64,000 nucleotides of DNA from an uncultured Gammaproteobacteria bacterium (GCA_964637955.1 CAZWXQ010000002.1:135782-199781); one strand, 5' to 3'; shown: positions 9,518-19,570, counted from the stretch's first letter. Notes: a model not told the origin generated them from the letters alone. Program-made: numbers and translations.

Positions 9518-10714
9518 ATGAATTTAGGTATTGGAATAGTTGGGCTACCAAATGTGGGGAAGTCAACTTTGTTTAATGCACTTCTTAAGAAGCAGCAGGC
9601 GCTTGTGGCGAATTATCCGTTTGCGACCATTGAGCCAAATGTGGGCGTAGTCGCTGTGCCAGATGCTAGGCTTGAAAAGCTTGCGGGGATTACGATGAAT
9701 GAAGAGAAGATGGGAAGTCTTCCTCCATTAAAGCCTGCGACTGTTAATTTCGTGGACATTGCCGGACTCGTTAAAGGAGCTAGTGAAGGCGCAGGACTTG
9801 GAAATAAATTTCTTTCTCATATCCGCGAAGTTTCAGTTATTGCTCATGTAGTTCGAGTGTTTAGCGATCCAGATGTAATAAGATATCAGGATGAAAAAGA
9901 GGCCCGCCTGCCAGCGCTTGAGCGCAGCGATAGCGGGCAGGGAAGCGTTGACCCTAAAGCAGATTATGAAACCATTAACACAGAATTGATCTTAGCTGAT
10001 ATTCAGACGCTAACAAAAACTCTTGAGAATAGAAAACTTGAGCCACATAAAAAGAGTGGAGCAGAGAAATTACTTGAAAGTTTGAATTCTGGAAAGAGAG
10101 CGTTTGATGTTATTCTAACTGATGAAGAAAAGGATGCAACTTGGGATATGTTTCTTCTTACCAATAAGCCTGAGATTATAGTTCTTAATGTAGCGGAAGA
10201 TGAATATATGGGAGACGCAATTGGAGGATTTATTGATAAATGGTCTGAGGTTTTAGGCATGCCAAAAGAAAAATTTGTTGTAATTTCAGCTAAGATTGAA
10301 GCTGAATTAGCTAGTTTAAGTGAAGAAGAGCAATTGGAATATTTGAAAGATTTAGGCTTAGCTCATTCGGGATTAGAGCGTCTAATTCAAAAAGCTTATG
10401 AAGAACTTGGTTTGATTTCATTTCTCACATGCGGGGAAAAAGAAGTTCGAGCATGGACTATGAAAAAAGGCTTGAGTGCGCAAATGGCTGCTGGAGAAAT
10501 CCATACAGATTTTATTAAAAAATTTATAAAAGCTGAGGTTGTAAGCTTTAACGATTTCGTTGATCCTGATGGTTGCGGAGGTCCTGCCCGCAACGGCCAG
10601 CCTTGCGTGGCAGGCGGGTGGAAAGGCGCGAGGGAAAATGGGAAAGCGAGAATGGAAGGACGAGATTATATAATGCATGATGGTGATGTAGTGGAATTTA
10701 AAATTGGCTCATAG
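9518..10714 (+). CDS. ychF: Ribosome-binding ATPase YchF (Obg-family GTPase with C-terminal TGS domain)
   Basis: N-terminal GIVGLPNVGKSTLFNAL P-loop and NxxD region. C-terminal ...GRDYIMHDGDVVEFK matches YchF. Confidence 0.85.
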   Translation: MNLGIGIVGLPNVGKSTLFNALLKKQQALVANYPFATIEPNVGVVAVPDARLEKLAGITMNEEKMGSLPPLKPATVNFVDIAGLVKGASEGAGLGNKFLSHIREVSVIAHVVRVFSDPDVIRYQDEKEARLPALERSDSGQGSVDPKADYETINTELILADIQTLTKTLENRKLEPHKKSGAEKLLESLNSGKRAFDVILTDEEKDATWDMFLLTNKPEIIVLNVAEDEYMGDAIGGFIDKWSEVLGMPKEKFVVISAKIEAELASLSEEEQLEYLKDLGLAHSGLERLIQKAYEELGLISFLTCGEKEVRAWTMKKGLSAQMAAGEIHTDFIKKFIKAEVVSFNDFVDPDGCGGPARNGQPCVAGGWKGARENGKARMEGRDYIMHDGDVVEFKIGS

Positions 10715-10732
10715 TTAAGCAGATTAAATAAT

Positions 10733-12127
10733 ATGTCTGAAACAGATATTGATTCGGGTATTGGAATCTCTAATCAGGTAGTCCACCAAGGTATTGAAGC
10801 TCCAAAAATACCGATTGTAGATTCCTCGTTGACTTTGGAGCAAGCTCTATCTGTTCCTCAGGAATCAACTCCACCTGCCGAAATACTTGCAAGACAAAGA
10901 TTAGTCGATGTGCAATATTATTCATTTGATGGATTACTTCATCAGGGTCAAATAGTAATAGATGCTGATTTGGTTGATGATACTAAGGTGGCATTTGAAT
11001 TTATGAAAGATTCAGGCTTTCCGGTTCAGAGCGTAAAGCCAATGGGAATAATTCCGTTGCTCCCTGAAGCAGATAGGCCAGCAGCTTGGAAAAATTCAAT
11101 TGGGTTTAATTATAGAAGAGCAGTGGGTAAAGAAAGCTTATCAAGCCATTCACTTGGGAGAAGTTTTGATATAAATCCGCATCTTAATCCTTATGTAAAA
11201 GGGGATTTAGTGGTTCCACCGGATGCAGTTTATGATCCAAGTCAACCTGGAGCAATATCAGCTGATTCGCCGCTTGTTGCATTCATGAAAGACAGAGGTT
11301 GGGAATGGGGAGGAGATTGGCCGGATAGAAAAGATTATATGCATTTTCAAAAAAATGCTCCACAAGCAATTTTTGTTTTAGGAGGTGGAAATAGAGTTAT
11401 TGAAGAAGAGGGAAAAGATCCAATGTTTACAACGTCTCCATATAAAGGCAAATTTTTTCCGAGAATGACAGGAGGTGCGAAGGCAAGGCCATATGCTGCT
11501 CTTGATTTGGCTCAGAAATACCCAGGTGCCAAAATTGTAACTCTCAGTCAAAGGCCAGAAGAATTACAAGAAAAAGGACCTATTAAAGAACCACCATTTG
11601 CTAGTGTTATGGCAGAGGATCTAATGTTGAAAAAAGTTGATAAATCAAGAATTATTGAGCAAACTGCATCTACGTCGACGTTAACAGAGTTTATGGAAGT
11701 AGTTAAATTATCTGCTGAATTTGATTTGCTAAATGTTGACGTGGTTGTAAGTGACTTTCAATTAGAAAGGGCGCAATTACTCTTGGATACCATAATGGAT
11801 CCAGATAAATATGCTAGTTTGAAAAGACAACTTAGAGGTTTATTTACGAACGCTTCAGAGGTAGAGTTATTTGAAGAAAAAATGTATGAACTTGAACAAG
11901 CAGTTAATAAAATAAGATCAAATGGTTCTAGGCTGAATCTTGTTTCTGCAGAAGAAGTGCTTCGAAAAAGAAGTGGACATTATGCCACACTTATTGATCA
12001 GGTGAGGAAATTAGAGGGATATAGTAATGTACAGAATAAAGAGAAACAAGATGTTGATAAGATAAAAAGAGGAGAGTTTAATTTTGCACAGCCTACTTTC
12101 AGACAATATATAATGTCTCTGAATTAA
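10733..12127 (+). CDS. Fusion protein: N-terminal M15C-like zinc peptidase (VanY / L-Ala-D-Glu peptidase type) plus a C-terminal domain that may be DUF218-like
   Basis: SSHSLGRSFDI (SxHxxGxAxD) and GWEWGGDW...DYMHF match the M15 metal-binding motifs. The C-terminal half (FVLGGG...) is unassigned. Confidence 0.55.
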   Translation: MSETDIDSGIGISNQVVHQGIEAPKIPIVDSSLTLEQALSVPQESTPPAEILARQRLVDVQYYSFDGLLHQGQIVIDADLVDDTKVAFEFMKDSGFPVQSVKPMGIIPLLPEADRPAAWKNSIGFNYRRAVGKESLSSHSLGRSFDINPHLNPYVKGDLVVPPDAVYDPSQPGAISADSPLVAFMKDRGWEWGGDWPDRKDYMHFQKNAPQAIFVLGGGNRVIEEEGKDPMFTTSPYKGKFFPRMTGGAKARPYAALDLAQKYPGAKIVTLSQRPEELQEKGPIKEPPFASVMAEDLMLKKVDKSRIIEQTASTSTLTEFMEVVKLSAEFDLLNVDVVVSDFQLERAQLLLDTIMDPDKYASLKRQLRGLFTNASEVELFEEKMYELEQAVNKIRSNGSRLNLVSAEEVLRKRSGHYATLIDQVRKLEGYSNVQNKEKQDVDKIKRGEFNFAQPTFRQYIMSLN

Positions 12128-12206
12128 TTGTTTAGAATTTATTTTTTATGATACTCTTTAAAAGAATCTGCCTTTTTTGTAAATTAAAAAGTTTATATAA
12201 AATATA

Positions 12207-13121
12207 ATGGATCATACTTCAACAAATAACTTTAAAGAATTAATTTCAAGAATTCGCGAATACAGTGAAATTAATTTTATTAATGGTCATGATGAGGAGA
12301 TTGGTTACTTTCCAATTTTTGAAGATGTACCAAAAATTTTAGTTAGATTTTCTTATGGATTTAATGCTCCAAATATGTCTTCTCAATATTTTGATAAAGA
12401 AAAAGAAAGTGAAGTAGTTGCTGATAGAAATGTTAGAATTTTTTTGGATAGTCAAGGTTTTGAAAGTGAAAATTGCCTTTGGGCTTTAGGTAAATTTCAA
12501 GGTCAGGAGTCTCAAATAGAAGAAGTAAGTCTAGAGACTCTAGCTGATAAAAATAAATCAGTAGGGAATGTGGTTTTTACAAGAGATCCAAGACTTACAT
12601 TAATAATTAAACCAGCAGATTGTCCGACAGGAGTATTTTATTGTAAAGATAAAGATGAAAATTCTGTAACCGGAATAATTCATGGAGGAGCTGAATCAGC
12701 AAATTACGGTCTTATAAGACAAGGATTACAAGTTCTTCAAATTCAATTGGGCGTAGATTTAAAATCTTTAAAAATTGGAGTTTTCCCAGGTATGAAGGAC
12801 TATTCTATGAGTAAATTTCAAAATGTAAATGGTGAATTAAAAAGAAGATATCAAGGATTTTATCCGATTAATTTAGATGGTTTCCTTGAGAATCCAAAAA
12901 CTGATGATCCTACAGAACTGCGAAAAGTAGATTTAGTTAGTATATTCGAAATGCAAGCTATGCAAGCAGGAGTAGCTCCTGAAAATATGGAAGTATATAG
13001 AGTAGATACTTATGCTGATGCAAAAGTTGGAAGAGCATTTTCAAGAAGATTTTCAAGTGATAATAATGGCGCTCGACCAGGGTCAAATATGATTGCTACA
13101 AAATTACTTATTAGAAATTAA
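12207..13121 (+). CDS. Hypothetical protein, possibly YfiH/PgeF (DUF152) -like
   Basis: KPADCPTGVFY...GIIHGGAESANYG resembles the DCxP...HAGW region; weak. Confidence 0.3.
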   Translation: MDHTSTNNFKELISRIREYSEINFINGHDEEIGYFPIFEDVPKILVRFSYGFNAPNMSSQYFDKEKESEVVADRNVRIFLDSQGFESENCLWALGKFQGQESQIEEVSLETLADKNKSVGNVVFTRDPRLTLIIKPADCPTGVFYCKDKDENSVTGIIHGGAESANYGLIRQGLQVLQIQLGVDLKSLKIGVFPGMKDYSMSKFQNVNGELKRRYQGFYPINLDGFLENPKTDDPTELRKVDLVSIFEMQAMQAGVAPENMEVYRVDTYADAKVGRAFSRRFSSDNNGARPGSNMIATKLLIRN

Positions 13122-13159
13122 TTTGACATAATGTATTTTGGCTTGTTATTATGACTTTG

Positions 13160-13387
13160 TTCTTTTAAAGAAAAGTAGGGAATATAAAATAGAGCGTGTG
13201 GCTAGATCGTTTTATCGGTCAGTGACGAGGAAGAAGGCTGGCTTATTAGTAAGTCAGGATCGAACACTGCAAGCATAGCTTGTTGTAGTATCTGCGGAAA
13301 CCTTCAGGTTGAGATTATCGACCTAAATTCGTTTTTGAAAAGAAAACGAAGCATAATTACTACTTTTCTCCAAAAGATTATAATTTT
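13160..13387 (+). ncRNA. Candidate cis-regulatory leader of glmS (possible glmS ribozyme)
   Basis: About 265-nt intergenic region with a TTGACA promoter-like box at 13124. The leader contains GUGACGAGGAAGAAGG (the GACGAGGA core of the glmS ribozyme) and several hairpins. Not alignable by eye to the full consensus. Confidence 0.3.
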
Positions 13388-15166
13388 ATGTGTGGAATTT
13401 TCGGTTACGTTGGACTTAAGACTGATTCTGGGCAAATGATTCTAGAAGGTTTAAAACTACTTGAGTATCGTGGCTATGATTCTTGGGGAATAGCGATAAA
13501 ATCCCAAATCCCAAATCCCAAATCCCAAATAATTGTTGAAAAGCACATTGGAAAAATTGGCAGCGCGAAAGTAAATTTTCCAGAAAGTGAGATAGGAATT
13601 GGTCATACAAGATGGGCGACTCACGGAAAAGTAACCGACGAAAATTCACATCCTCATCTTGACTGTTCTTCTCAGATCGCAGTAGTTCATAACGGAATTA
13701 TCGAAAATTTCCAGGAATTAAAATCTGAATTAGAAAAGAAAGGTCACAAGTTTATTTCAGAAACTGACACTGAAATTTTCCCACATCTACTCGAAGAAAA
13801 CCTTAAATCTAATAATTTTGAAGAATCTTTTAAATCCACATTCTCAAAAATAAAAGGACTTAATGCAATTGTCGCGTTTGATGCTAATTCAGATCAAATT
13901 ATAGCTGCAAAAACAGGGTCGCCATTAGTAGTTGGTAAAAATAGTGATGGGTTTTTTATTTCATCCGATGTCTCTGGAATTATAAATCAAACAGATGAAG
14001 TAATTTTTCTCGAGGATAATCAAATGATAGTTGTTGATAAAAATATAAAACTTTTAGATTTAGTTCATGACAAAGAATTGCCTATTAAATTCACAAAGCT
14101 TGATTGGAAATTTGAAAATACGCAGAAAGGGAATTATGAGCATTTTTTACTTAAGGAGATAAATGAACAGCCAAAAGTTTTGGAGAATATTAGCTTAAAT
14201 AGTCATTCTGATGTTAAAAAATTGGCTGATTTGATCTCGGATGCGAAGGGAACATTTATGCTTGGGTGCGGAACCGCGTCATATGCAGCGCTAACTGGGG
14301 TATATTTATTTTCAAAGGTTGCAAAAAAACATGTAAATTTTTCAATAGGATCAGAGTTTGGATATATTGAGGATTATCTTAATTCAAAAAGTCTTATTAT
14401 TCCAATTTCTCAAAGTGGCGAGACTATAGATGTAGTAGAGCCGGTAGGTAAAGCGAAAATGAAGGGTGCAAAAATAGCCGCAATTACAAACGTTTTAGGT
14501 TCTACTCTTTACAGACAAGCTGATTTCAGGTTTATGCTTGGAGCTGGGGTGGAGAAAGCAGTAATTGCTACGAAAAGTTTTACATCGATGTTTTCAGTTT
14601 TACTTTTAGCAGCATATTCGATTGCCGGAAGGCAGAAAGAAGGAGAAAACCAGATTCTAGATGCCGCGAAAAGTTTGAAAGATTTACTTGAAGAAAAAAA
14701 TATACACCAAATAAAAAAAGTTGCGAAACTTGTTAAGAATCACAAGCATGTTTATATTCTGGGAAGAGGGCTTTCTTATCCGGCTGCTTTAGAAGGAGCG
14801 CTAAAGCTTAAAGAAACTGCATATGTTCATGCTGAAGGATTTGCTGGAGGAGAACTTAAGCATGGAGTAATTGCTTTGGTTGAAAAAGGGACACCAATAT
14901 TTGTTCTTGCACCAAATGACGAAACTTATCCAGAAATAATTTCAAATGCACAGGAAGTAAAAGCACGTGGAGGATTTATTATTGGAATTGGTCCAAAAGA
15001 AAATGACGTTTTTGATGAGTTTTTAAAGACAGCAGATGCGGGTGCAGCGACTCTAATTCCTCAAATAGTTTATCTCCAGCTCTTGGCTTATTATCTTGCT
15101 CTAGAAAATGGAATAACGGACCCTGATAAGCCTCGAAATCTCGCCAAGAGTGTTACAGTCAAATAA
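13388..15166 (+). CDS. glmS: Glutamine--fructose-6-phosphate aminotransferase
   Basis: MCGIFGY N-terminal Cys2 Ntn start, RGYDSWGIA, and two SIS domains. Confidence 0.9.
   Translation: MCGIFGYVGLKTDSGQMILEGLKLLEYRGYDSWGIAIKSQIPNPKSQIIVEKHIGKIGSAKVNFPESEIGIGHTRWATHGKVTDENSHPHLDCSSQIAVVHNGIIENFQELKSELEKKGHKFISETDTEIFPHLLEENLKSNNFEESFKSTFSKIKGLNAIVAFDANSDQIIAAKTGSPLVVGKNSDGFFISSDVSGIINQTDEVIFLEDNQMIVVDKNIKLLDLVHDKELPIKFTKLDWKFENTQKGNYEHFLLKEINEQPKVLENISLNSHSDVKKLADLISDAKGTFMLGCGTASYAALTGVYLFSKVAKKHVNFSIGSEFGYIEDYLNSKSLIIPISQSGETIDVVEPVGKAKMKGAKIAAITNVLGSTLYRQADFRFMLGAGVEKAVIATKSFTSMFSVLLLAAYSIAGRQKEGENQILDAAKSLKDLLEEKNIHQIKKVAKLVKNHKHVYILGRGLSYPAALEGALKLKETAYVHAEGFAGGELKHGVIALVEKGTPIFVLAPNDETYPEIISNAQEVKARGGFIIGIGPKENDVFDEFLKTADAGAATLIPQIVYLQLLAYYLALENGITDPDKPRNLAKSVTVK
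13498..13529 (+). repeat. Tandem heptanucleotide repeat (AAATCCC)x4.5 inside the glmS coding sequence, encoding IKSQIPNPKSQII
   Basis: Seen directly: aaatcccaaatcccaaatcccaaatcccaaat. Confidence 0.9.
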
Positions 15167-15200
15167 TTTAACCCATAGTTAAAAATGATATAATTGCTTC

Positions 15201-16613
15201 ATGAAAATGGAAGAAGCACCGCATGAAATAGTATTCAAGCCAACTCCTCAGCCTCCTGCAGATTTAAATGCGGGATTAGGTGGAACAGCACCTGATGTTC
15301 CAGACGACATTCTAAGAGAAATAGAATTATGGAAGGGTAAGCCTCGATATAGTCAATCTCGAGCTGATCAAGCATTGTTAATATTATCTGATTTACCGAT
15401 GACATATTTTGATGCTGAGGAAATGGATCACATGCAGACAGAGTATTTTAGTTTTTTAAAGCATTTCTGGATGCCTGAAAATACACAATTATACGATTTA
15501 GACAGGAGTCGCAGGATAGGTCAGGAGCCAATTTCAAATCTTCAAAGCACTTTCCAGCGCATAGAAGTTCAAGTGGAGAATGGATTTCCAATCGAGATAA
15601 CTTTTGGAACAAGGCCAGGTGACGAGAGAAGACTTAATGAAGACTCATTGTTAGTCTCCTCATTTGGTAATAAAAAGCAATTATTTACTGTTTTTGATGG
15701 AGCAAGTAGCCAGAAGCCAATTGAAGGATTGCAAAAATTTGAATGGGCGGGTGCTCCAATTTCTGGAGCGTTTTATGTTTCTCATCTCGCATCGCTAGAG
15801 TTTCCATCTACACGGGAATATCAGGATTTGATTTCAAATCCAAATGCGAGTGCATATGATTTTATCAACGGCCTTAATTCGTGGTTAAGGCAAAGACAAG
15901 GTAGAGTAGAGGGAGTGGATTACTCTGATGTATTAACCATTCCTGGAATGTGTGCCACTTCGGTAGTAGTGGATCAGGAAAAAGGAAAAGTAACTGGAGC
16001 GCATGTAGCTGACTCTATGGCTATAGCTAAAATAAGAAATCCAGAAACAGGAAAAGTGGAGTTTAAAGTAATTACAAATGACTTAAATAAAAGGTTTGAT
16101 GAAAGAACACTTGGTCTAGCTAAGAATGTTGCCAAGGACAATGGAATTACTATTAGAGAAGCAGCAGGGCATCCATTGGTAAAGCAAGAGTTAAAAGAAT
16201 CATATACAGAAAAGATTAATACTCCAGAAGGAACTGGAATTGTAAATGGAATGAATGAGTTAATCGATAATGGATTGGTGCAGACTTTTGAGCTTGATTT
16301 AGATTCTTTGGAAGCGATCGTTTTGGCAACCGACGGATTTTATGATCCGTGGTTACATTTTATAGAGTCGGGTGATTTGCCTGAAGAAGAAAAAGTCAGA
16401 TTATTTGAAGATATGTTTGCTAGAATTTCTGAGATGGATCCAGGTAAATGGTCTGGAAAAATTATCGATGATCCATCAGGCGCTGCTCATGGAATTTTGG
16501 AGCATGATCCAGATCATGAAAAAATTCCAAGAATAAAAACAAAAGATGATGCAACTTTCATGTTAATAGACTTTGCGAAAATGAGAAAATCTTCCTCATT
16601 GAAGGCAGCTTAG
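15201..16613 (+). CDS. Hypothetical protein with a PP2C-like (PPM) phosphatase-type domain
   Basis: RLNEDSLLV...FTVFDGASS...LATDGFYD resemble PPM metal-binding Asp motifs. Moderate. Confidence 0.4.
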   Translation: MKMEEAPHEIVFKPTPQPPADLNAGLGGTAPDVPDDILREIELWKGKPRYSQSRADQALLILSDLPMTYFDAEEMDHMQTEYFSFLKHFWMPENTQLYDLDRSRRIGQEPISNLQSTFQRIEVQVENGFPIEITFGTRPGDERRLNEDSLLVSSFGNKKQLFTVFDGASSQKPIEGLQKFEWAGAPISGAFYVSHLASLEFPSTREYQDLISNPNASAYDFINGLNSWLRQRQGRVEGVDYSDVLTIPGMCATSVVVDQEKGKVTGAHVADSMAIAKIRNPETGKVEFKVITNDLNKRFDERTLGLAKNVAKDNGITIREAAGHPLVKQELKESYTEKINTPEGTGIVNGMNELIDNGLVQTFELDLDSLEAIVLATDGFYDPWLHFIESGDLPEEEKVRLFEDMFARISEMDPGKWSGKIIDDPSGAAHGILEHDPDHEKIPRIKTKDDATFMLIDFAKMRKSSSLKAA

Positions 16614-16616
16614 AAT

Positions 16617-17888
16617 TTGTATAATAGTCATATGCAAGCAGTTTTATTAGCCGCAGGAGCAAGTTCTAGAATGTATCCGTTTTCAGAAAATGGCCACAAA
16701 TCCATGATTAAAATTCTTGGCAAACCACTTCTAGAGCATGTGATCTTGGGTTTAAAAAGTAAAAACATTGCTGATCTTATAATTGTTGTAAATGAAAAAA
16801 ATGATACTAGAGACTATTTTGGAAATGGAGAGAAGTTAGGTGTAAATATCTCTTATGTTACTCAAAAAAATCCTGACGGAGCAGGAAATGCGCTTCTTCT
16901 TTGTAAAGATTTAATAAATGATGACTTTCTTTTAATTAATTCTTATAGAGTCGACTGCGATAAATATATAGATGCCTTACTTGATAAAAAATCAGGAAAT
17001 GATGCGACTCTTCTTTTACATGATCGAGATAACACATGGCTTTACGGAGTAGTAAAAGTAGAGAATGAAAAAGTAATTGGAATTGTAGAAAAACCTGAAA
17101 AAGGAACAGAGCCCTCAAAAAAATGCATTGTAGGAATATATTTGTTCTCGAAAAATTTTCTAGAGATCTTAGAAAATATACCTTCGGAGCATTATCAACT
17201 GGAAAAAGCACTTGATTCATTTTCCAAGTCACATAAAATTTCATTTGTGGAATCAAATGATGAAGATATTGTTTTAAAGTATCCTTGGGATTTATTTAGA
17301 ATTAAAGATTATCTTCTAAATTCCATAAAATCTAATCAGGGAAATAACGTCAAGATAGGGGAAGATGTGATAATCGAGGGGGAGGTTTTTATAGGAGATA
17401 ACGTTACCATAATGGATAAAGCTACTTTAAAAGGCCCTTGTTTCATAGGGAACAATTCTTACATTGGGTCAAATTCTCTACTTAGGGATGGGGTAGACGT
17501 GGAAGAGGATAGTGTTGTGGGATCATTTATGGAGGTTAAAAATACTTTGATTATGAAAGGAAGCAAGACGCATTCAGGATTTTTAGGGGACAGTATAATA
17601 GGGGAAAATGTTAGAGTTGCTGCCTCTGTCACGACTACAAATGTAAGGCTGGATCGAGAAAATATTTTCTCAGTCATTGCAGATAAAAAAATAGATACAG
17701 GACTTAAGGAATTAGGAGTAATAATCGGAAGCAATACTAAGCTTGGAGGAAATGTAACAATAATGCCGGGAATTGTTATTGGAGATAATAGTCTTATCGG
17801 TCCATCAACAACAGTAATAAGTAATGTAGAAAGTAACGTAAAATATTATACTGAGTTTAAAGAAGTTGTAGCTAAAGTAAATGGATAA
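16617..17888 (+). CDS. Bifunctional sugar-1-phosphate nucleotidyltransferase / left-handed beta-helix (hexapeptide) acetyltransferase, GlmU-like
   Basis: N-terminal AVLLAAGASSRM...LGKPLL nucleotidyltransferase signature. C-terminal [LIV]GxxxxI hexapeptide repeats. Position directly downstream of glmS. Confidence 0.65.
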   Translation: MYNSHMQAVLLAAGASSRMYPFSENGHKSMIKILGKPLLEHVILGLKSKNIADLIIVVNEKNDTRDYFGNGEKLGVNISYVTQKNPDGAGNALLLCKDLINDDFLLINSYRVDCDKYIDALLDKKSGNDATLLLHDRDNTWLYGVVKVENEKVIGIVEKPEKGTEPSKKCIVGIYLFSKNFLEILENIPSEHYQLEKALDSFSKSHKISFVESNDEDIVLKYPWDLFRIKDYLLNSIKSNQGNNVKIGEDVIIEGEVFIGDNVTIMDKATLKGPCFIGNNSYIGSNSLLRDGVDVEEDSVVGSFMEVKNTLIMKGSKTHSGFLGDSIIGENVRVAASVTTTNVRLDRENIFSVIADKKIDTGLKELGVIIGSNTKLGGNVTIMPGIVIGDNSLIGPSTTVISNVESNVKYYTEFKEVVAKVNG

Positions 17889-18504
17889 AGTAATTCTTTT
17901 TGATATCGATAAAACACTCTTTGATCGCGAGAAGTATCTTGGTGGTTTTTTTGTACTTTTGGAATCAGAATTTGGTTTAAATTCAGATGAAGCTAACGAG
18001 GTGGGAAAATTTTATCAAGAAGTTAAAGATGAGTACGGATATTTCTCAAGCGAAGCATTTTTGATCAGAATTTATGGAAGATTTCCAGACCTTTCAGAAA
18101 AATTGGATTACTATTTTTCGCAAGAGAACTTGGATAAATTTTTATACGAAGACTCAAAAGTACTTTATGAATTTAAAAAATCAAGAATTGGAATTTTTTC
18201 AAAAGGAGACGGACCTTTTCAAAAAGCAAAAATAAAGAGTTTTGGAGATATTATAGAGCAAGATCTTATTTACGTTTTTCATAATAAGCTTGAAAAGCTT
18301 CCGGAAATTCTAGAAAAACATAATGATTCAAAGTTAACTATTGTTGACGATAATATAGCTGTGTTGGTGAATGCAAAGAGTCTGAATCCAAATGTAAGAA
18401 CAATTTTAATTGATCGAACTAGAGAGTTTGAAGGTGTTAGTGGTGTTGATTTTAGATTAGATTCTCTTTCTGATATAATCCCAATTCTAAGCGACCATAT
18501 TTAG
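17881..18504 (+). CDS. HAD-superfamily hydrolase
   Basis: ILFDIDKTL (DxDxT) motif I. Confidence 0.6.
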   Translation: MDKVILFDIDKTLFDREKYLGGFFVLLESEFGLNSDEANEVGKFYQEVKDEYGYFSSEAFLIRIYGRFPDLSEKLDYYFSQENLDKFLYEDSKVLYEFKKSRIGIFSKGDGPFQKAKIKSFGDIIEQDLIYVFHNKLEKLPEILEKHNDSKLTIVDDNIAVLVNAKSLNPNVRTILIDRTREFEGVSGVDFRLDSLSDIIPILSDHI

Positions 18505-18568
18505 AAATCATAATTAATATATTGGTTGAACAAGGAGGGCAGAATAAGGGATTTGTCAATCTAACGCT

Positions 18569-19570
18569 ATGAGTAAAATACCAAAAGTTGTAACAATTGG
18601 TGGGGGAACGGGAAGCTATGCTTCTTTAATGGGTTTGAAAAAATATGATCTCAAGCTCTGCGCTATCGTGAACATGCTTGATAACGGCGGTTCTTCGGGA
18701 ATTCTGCGTGATGAGCTAGGAGTTCTTCCTCCAGGAGATGTTAGGCAGTGTCTTGTGGCGCTTGCTGATTCTTCAAAACTTCTTCGCGATTTGTTTAATT
18801 ATAGATTTGAGGAGGGGGGACTTAAAGGACATAGCTTCGGAAATATTTTCCTTTCTACTTTAGAAAAACAGAGTGGAAGTATGAAAAAAGCCATAGAGGA
18901 GGCTGGAAAAATTTTAAGAATAAAAGGAAATGTTGTTCCAGTTACTTTAACAAAAGAAACAACTCTTTGTGTAGAACTTGATGATGGGACTGTTATAAAA
19001 GGAGAGACGCACATTGATGTTCTTGAGAAAAAAGAGAAAAGAGCACCAATTAGTAAAGCTTATCTAAGCAATAAAGCGCTTTTAAATGAGGACGCAAAAG
19101 AAAGTATAGAAAAAGCGGATTTTATAATAATTGGTCCAGGTGATATGTATACAAGTCTTTTGCCAATTATTTTGGTGGATGGTGTGCCAGAGGCAATAAA
19201 AAATTCACCAGCTAAGATAATATTTGTTTTAAATCTAATGACAAAATATGGTCAGACAAGCCATTACAGTGCAAAAAAACATATTGAAGAATTTGAAAAA
19301 TATCTTGGAAAAGGAATTATTGATTATGTTCTTGTTAATTCAAAAAATCCCAAGAAATCAGTCTTATCTTGGTACGAAGAATATGATGAGTTTCCTGTAG
19401 CTGATGATTTAAATGACAGCGAAAGTTTTGAAATCATTCGTAAAGATCTTTTAAAAGATGTGGTAATTACTCCAGAAGCTTCAGATAAACTCCGAAGAAG
19501 TATCATAAGACATGATTCAAAAAAGCTTGCAGATGCAGTAATGCAGCTAGTTGAAAACCCTAAGCTTTAG
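18569..19570 (+). CDS. yvcK: YvcK/CofD-family (UPF0052) gluconeogenesis factor-like protein
   Basis: VVTIGGGTGS...DNGGSSGILRDE...PPGDVRQCLVALA signature. Confidence 0.8.
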   Translation: MSKIPKVVTIGGGTGSYASLMGLKKYDLKLCAIVNMLDNGGSSGILRDELGVLPPGDVRQCLVALADSSKLLRDLFNYRFEEGGLKGHSFGNIFLSTLEKQSGSMKKAIEEAGKILRIKGNVVPVTLTKETTLCVELDDGTVIKGETHIDVLEKKEKRAPISKAYLSNKALLNEDAKESIEKADFIIIGPGDMYTSLLPIILVDGVPEAIKNSPAKIIFVLNLMTKYGQTSHYSAKKHIEEFEKYLGKGIIDYVLVNSKNPKKSVLSWYEEYDEFPVADDLNDSESFEIIRKDLLKDVVITPEASDKLRRSIIRHDSKKLADAVMQLVENPKL

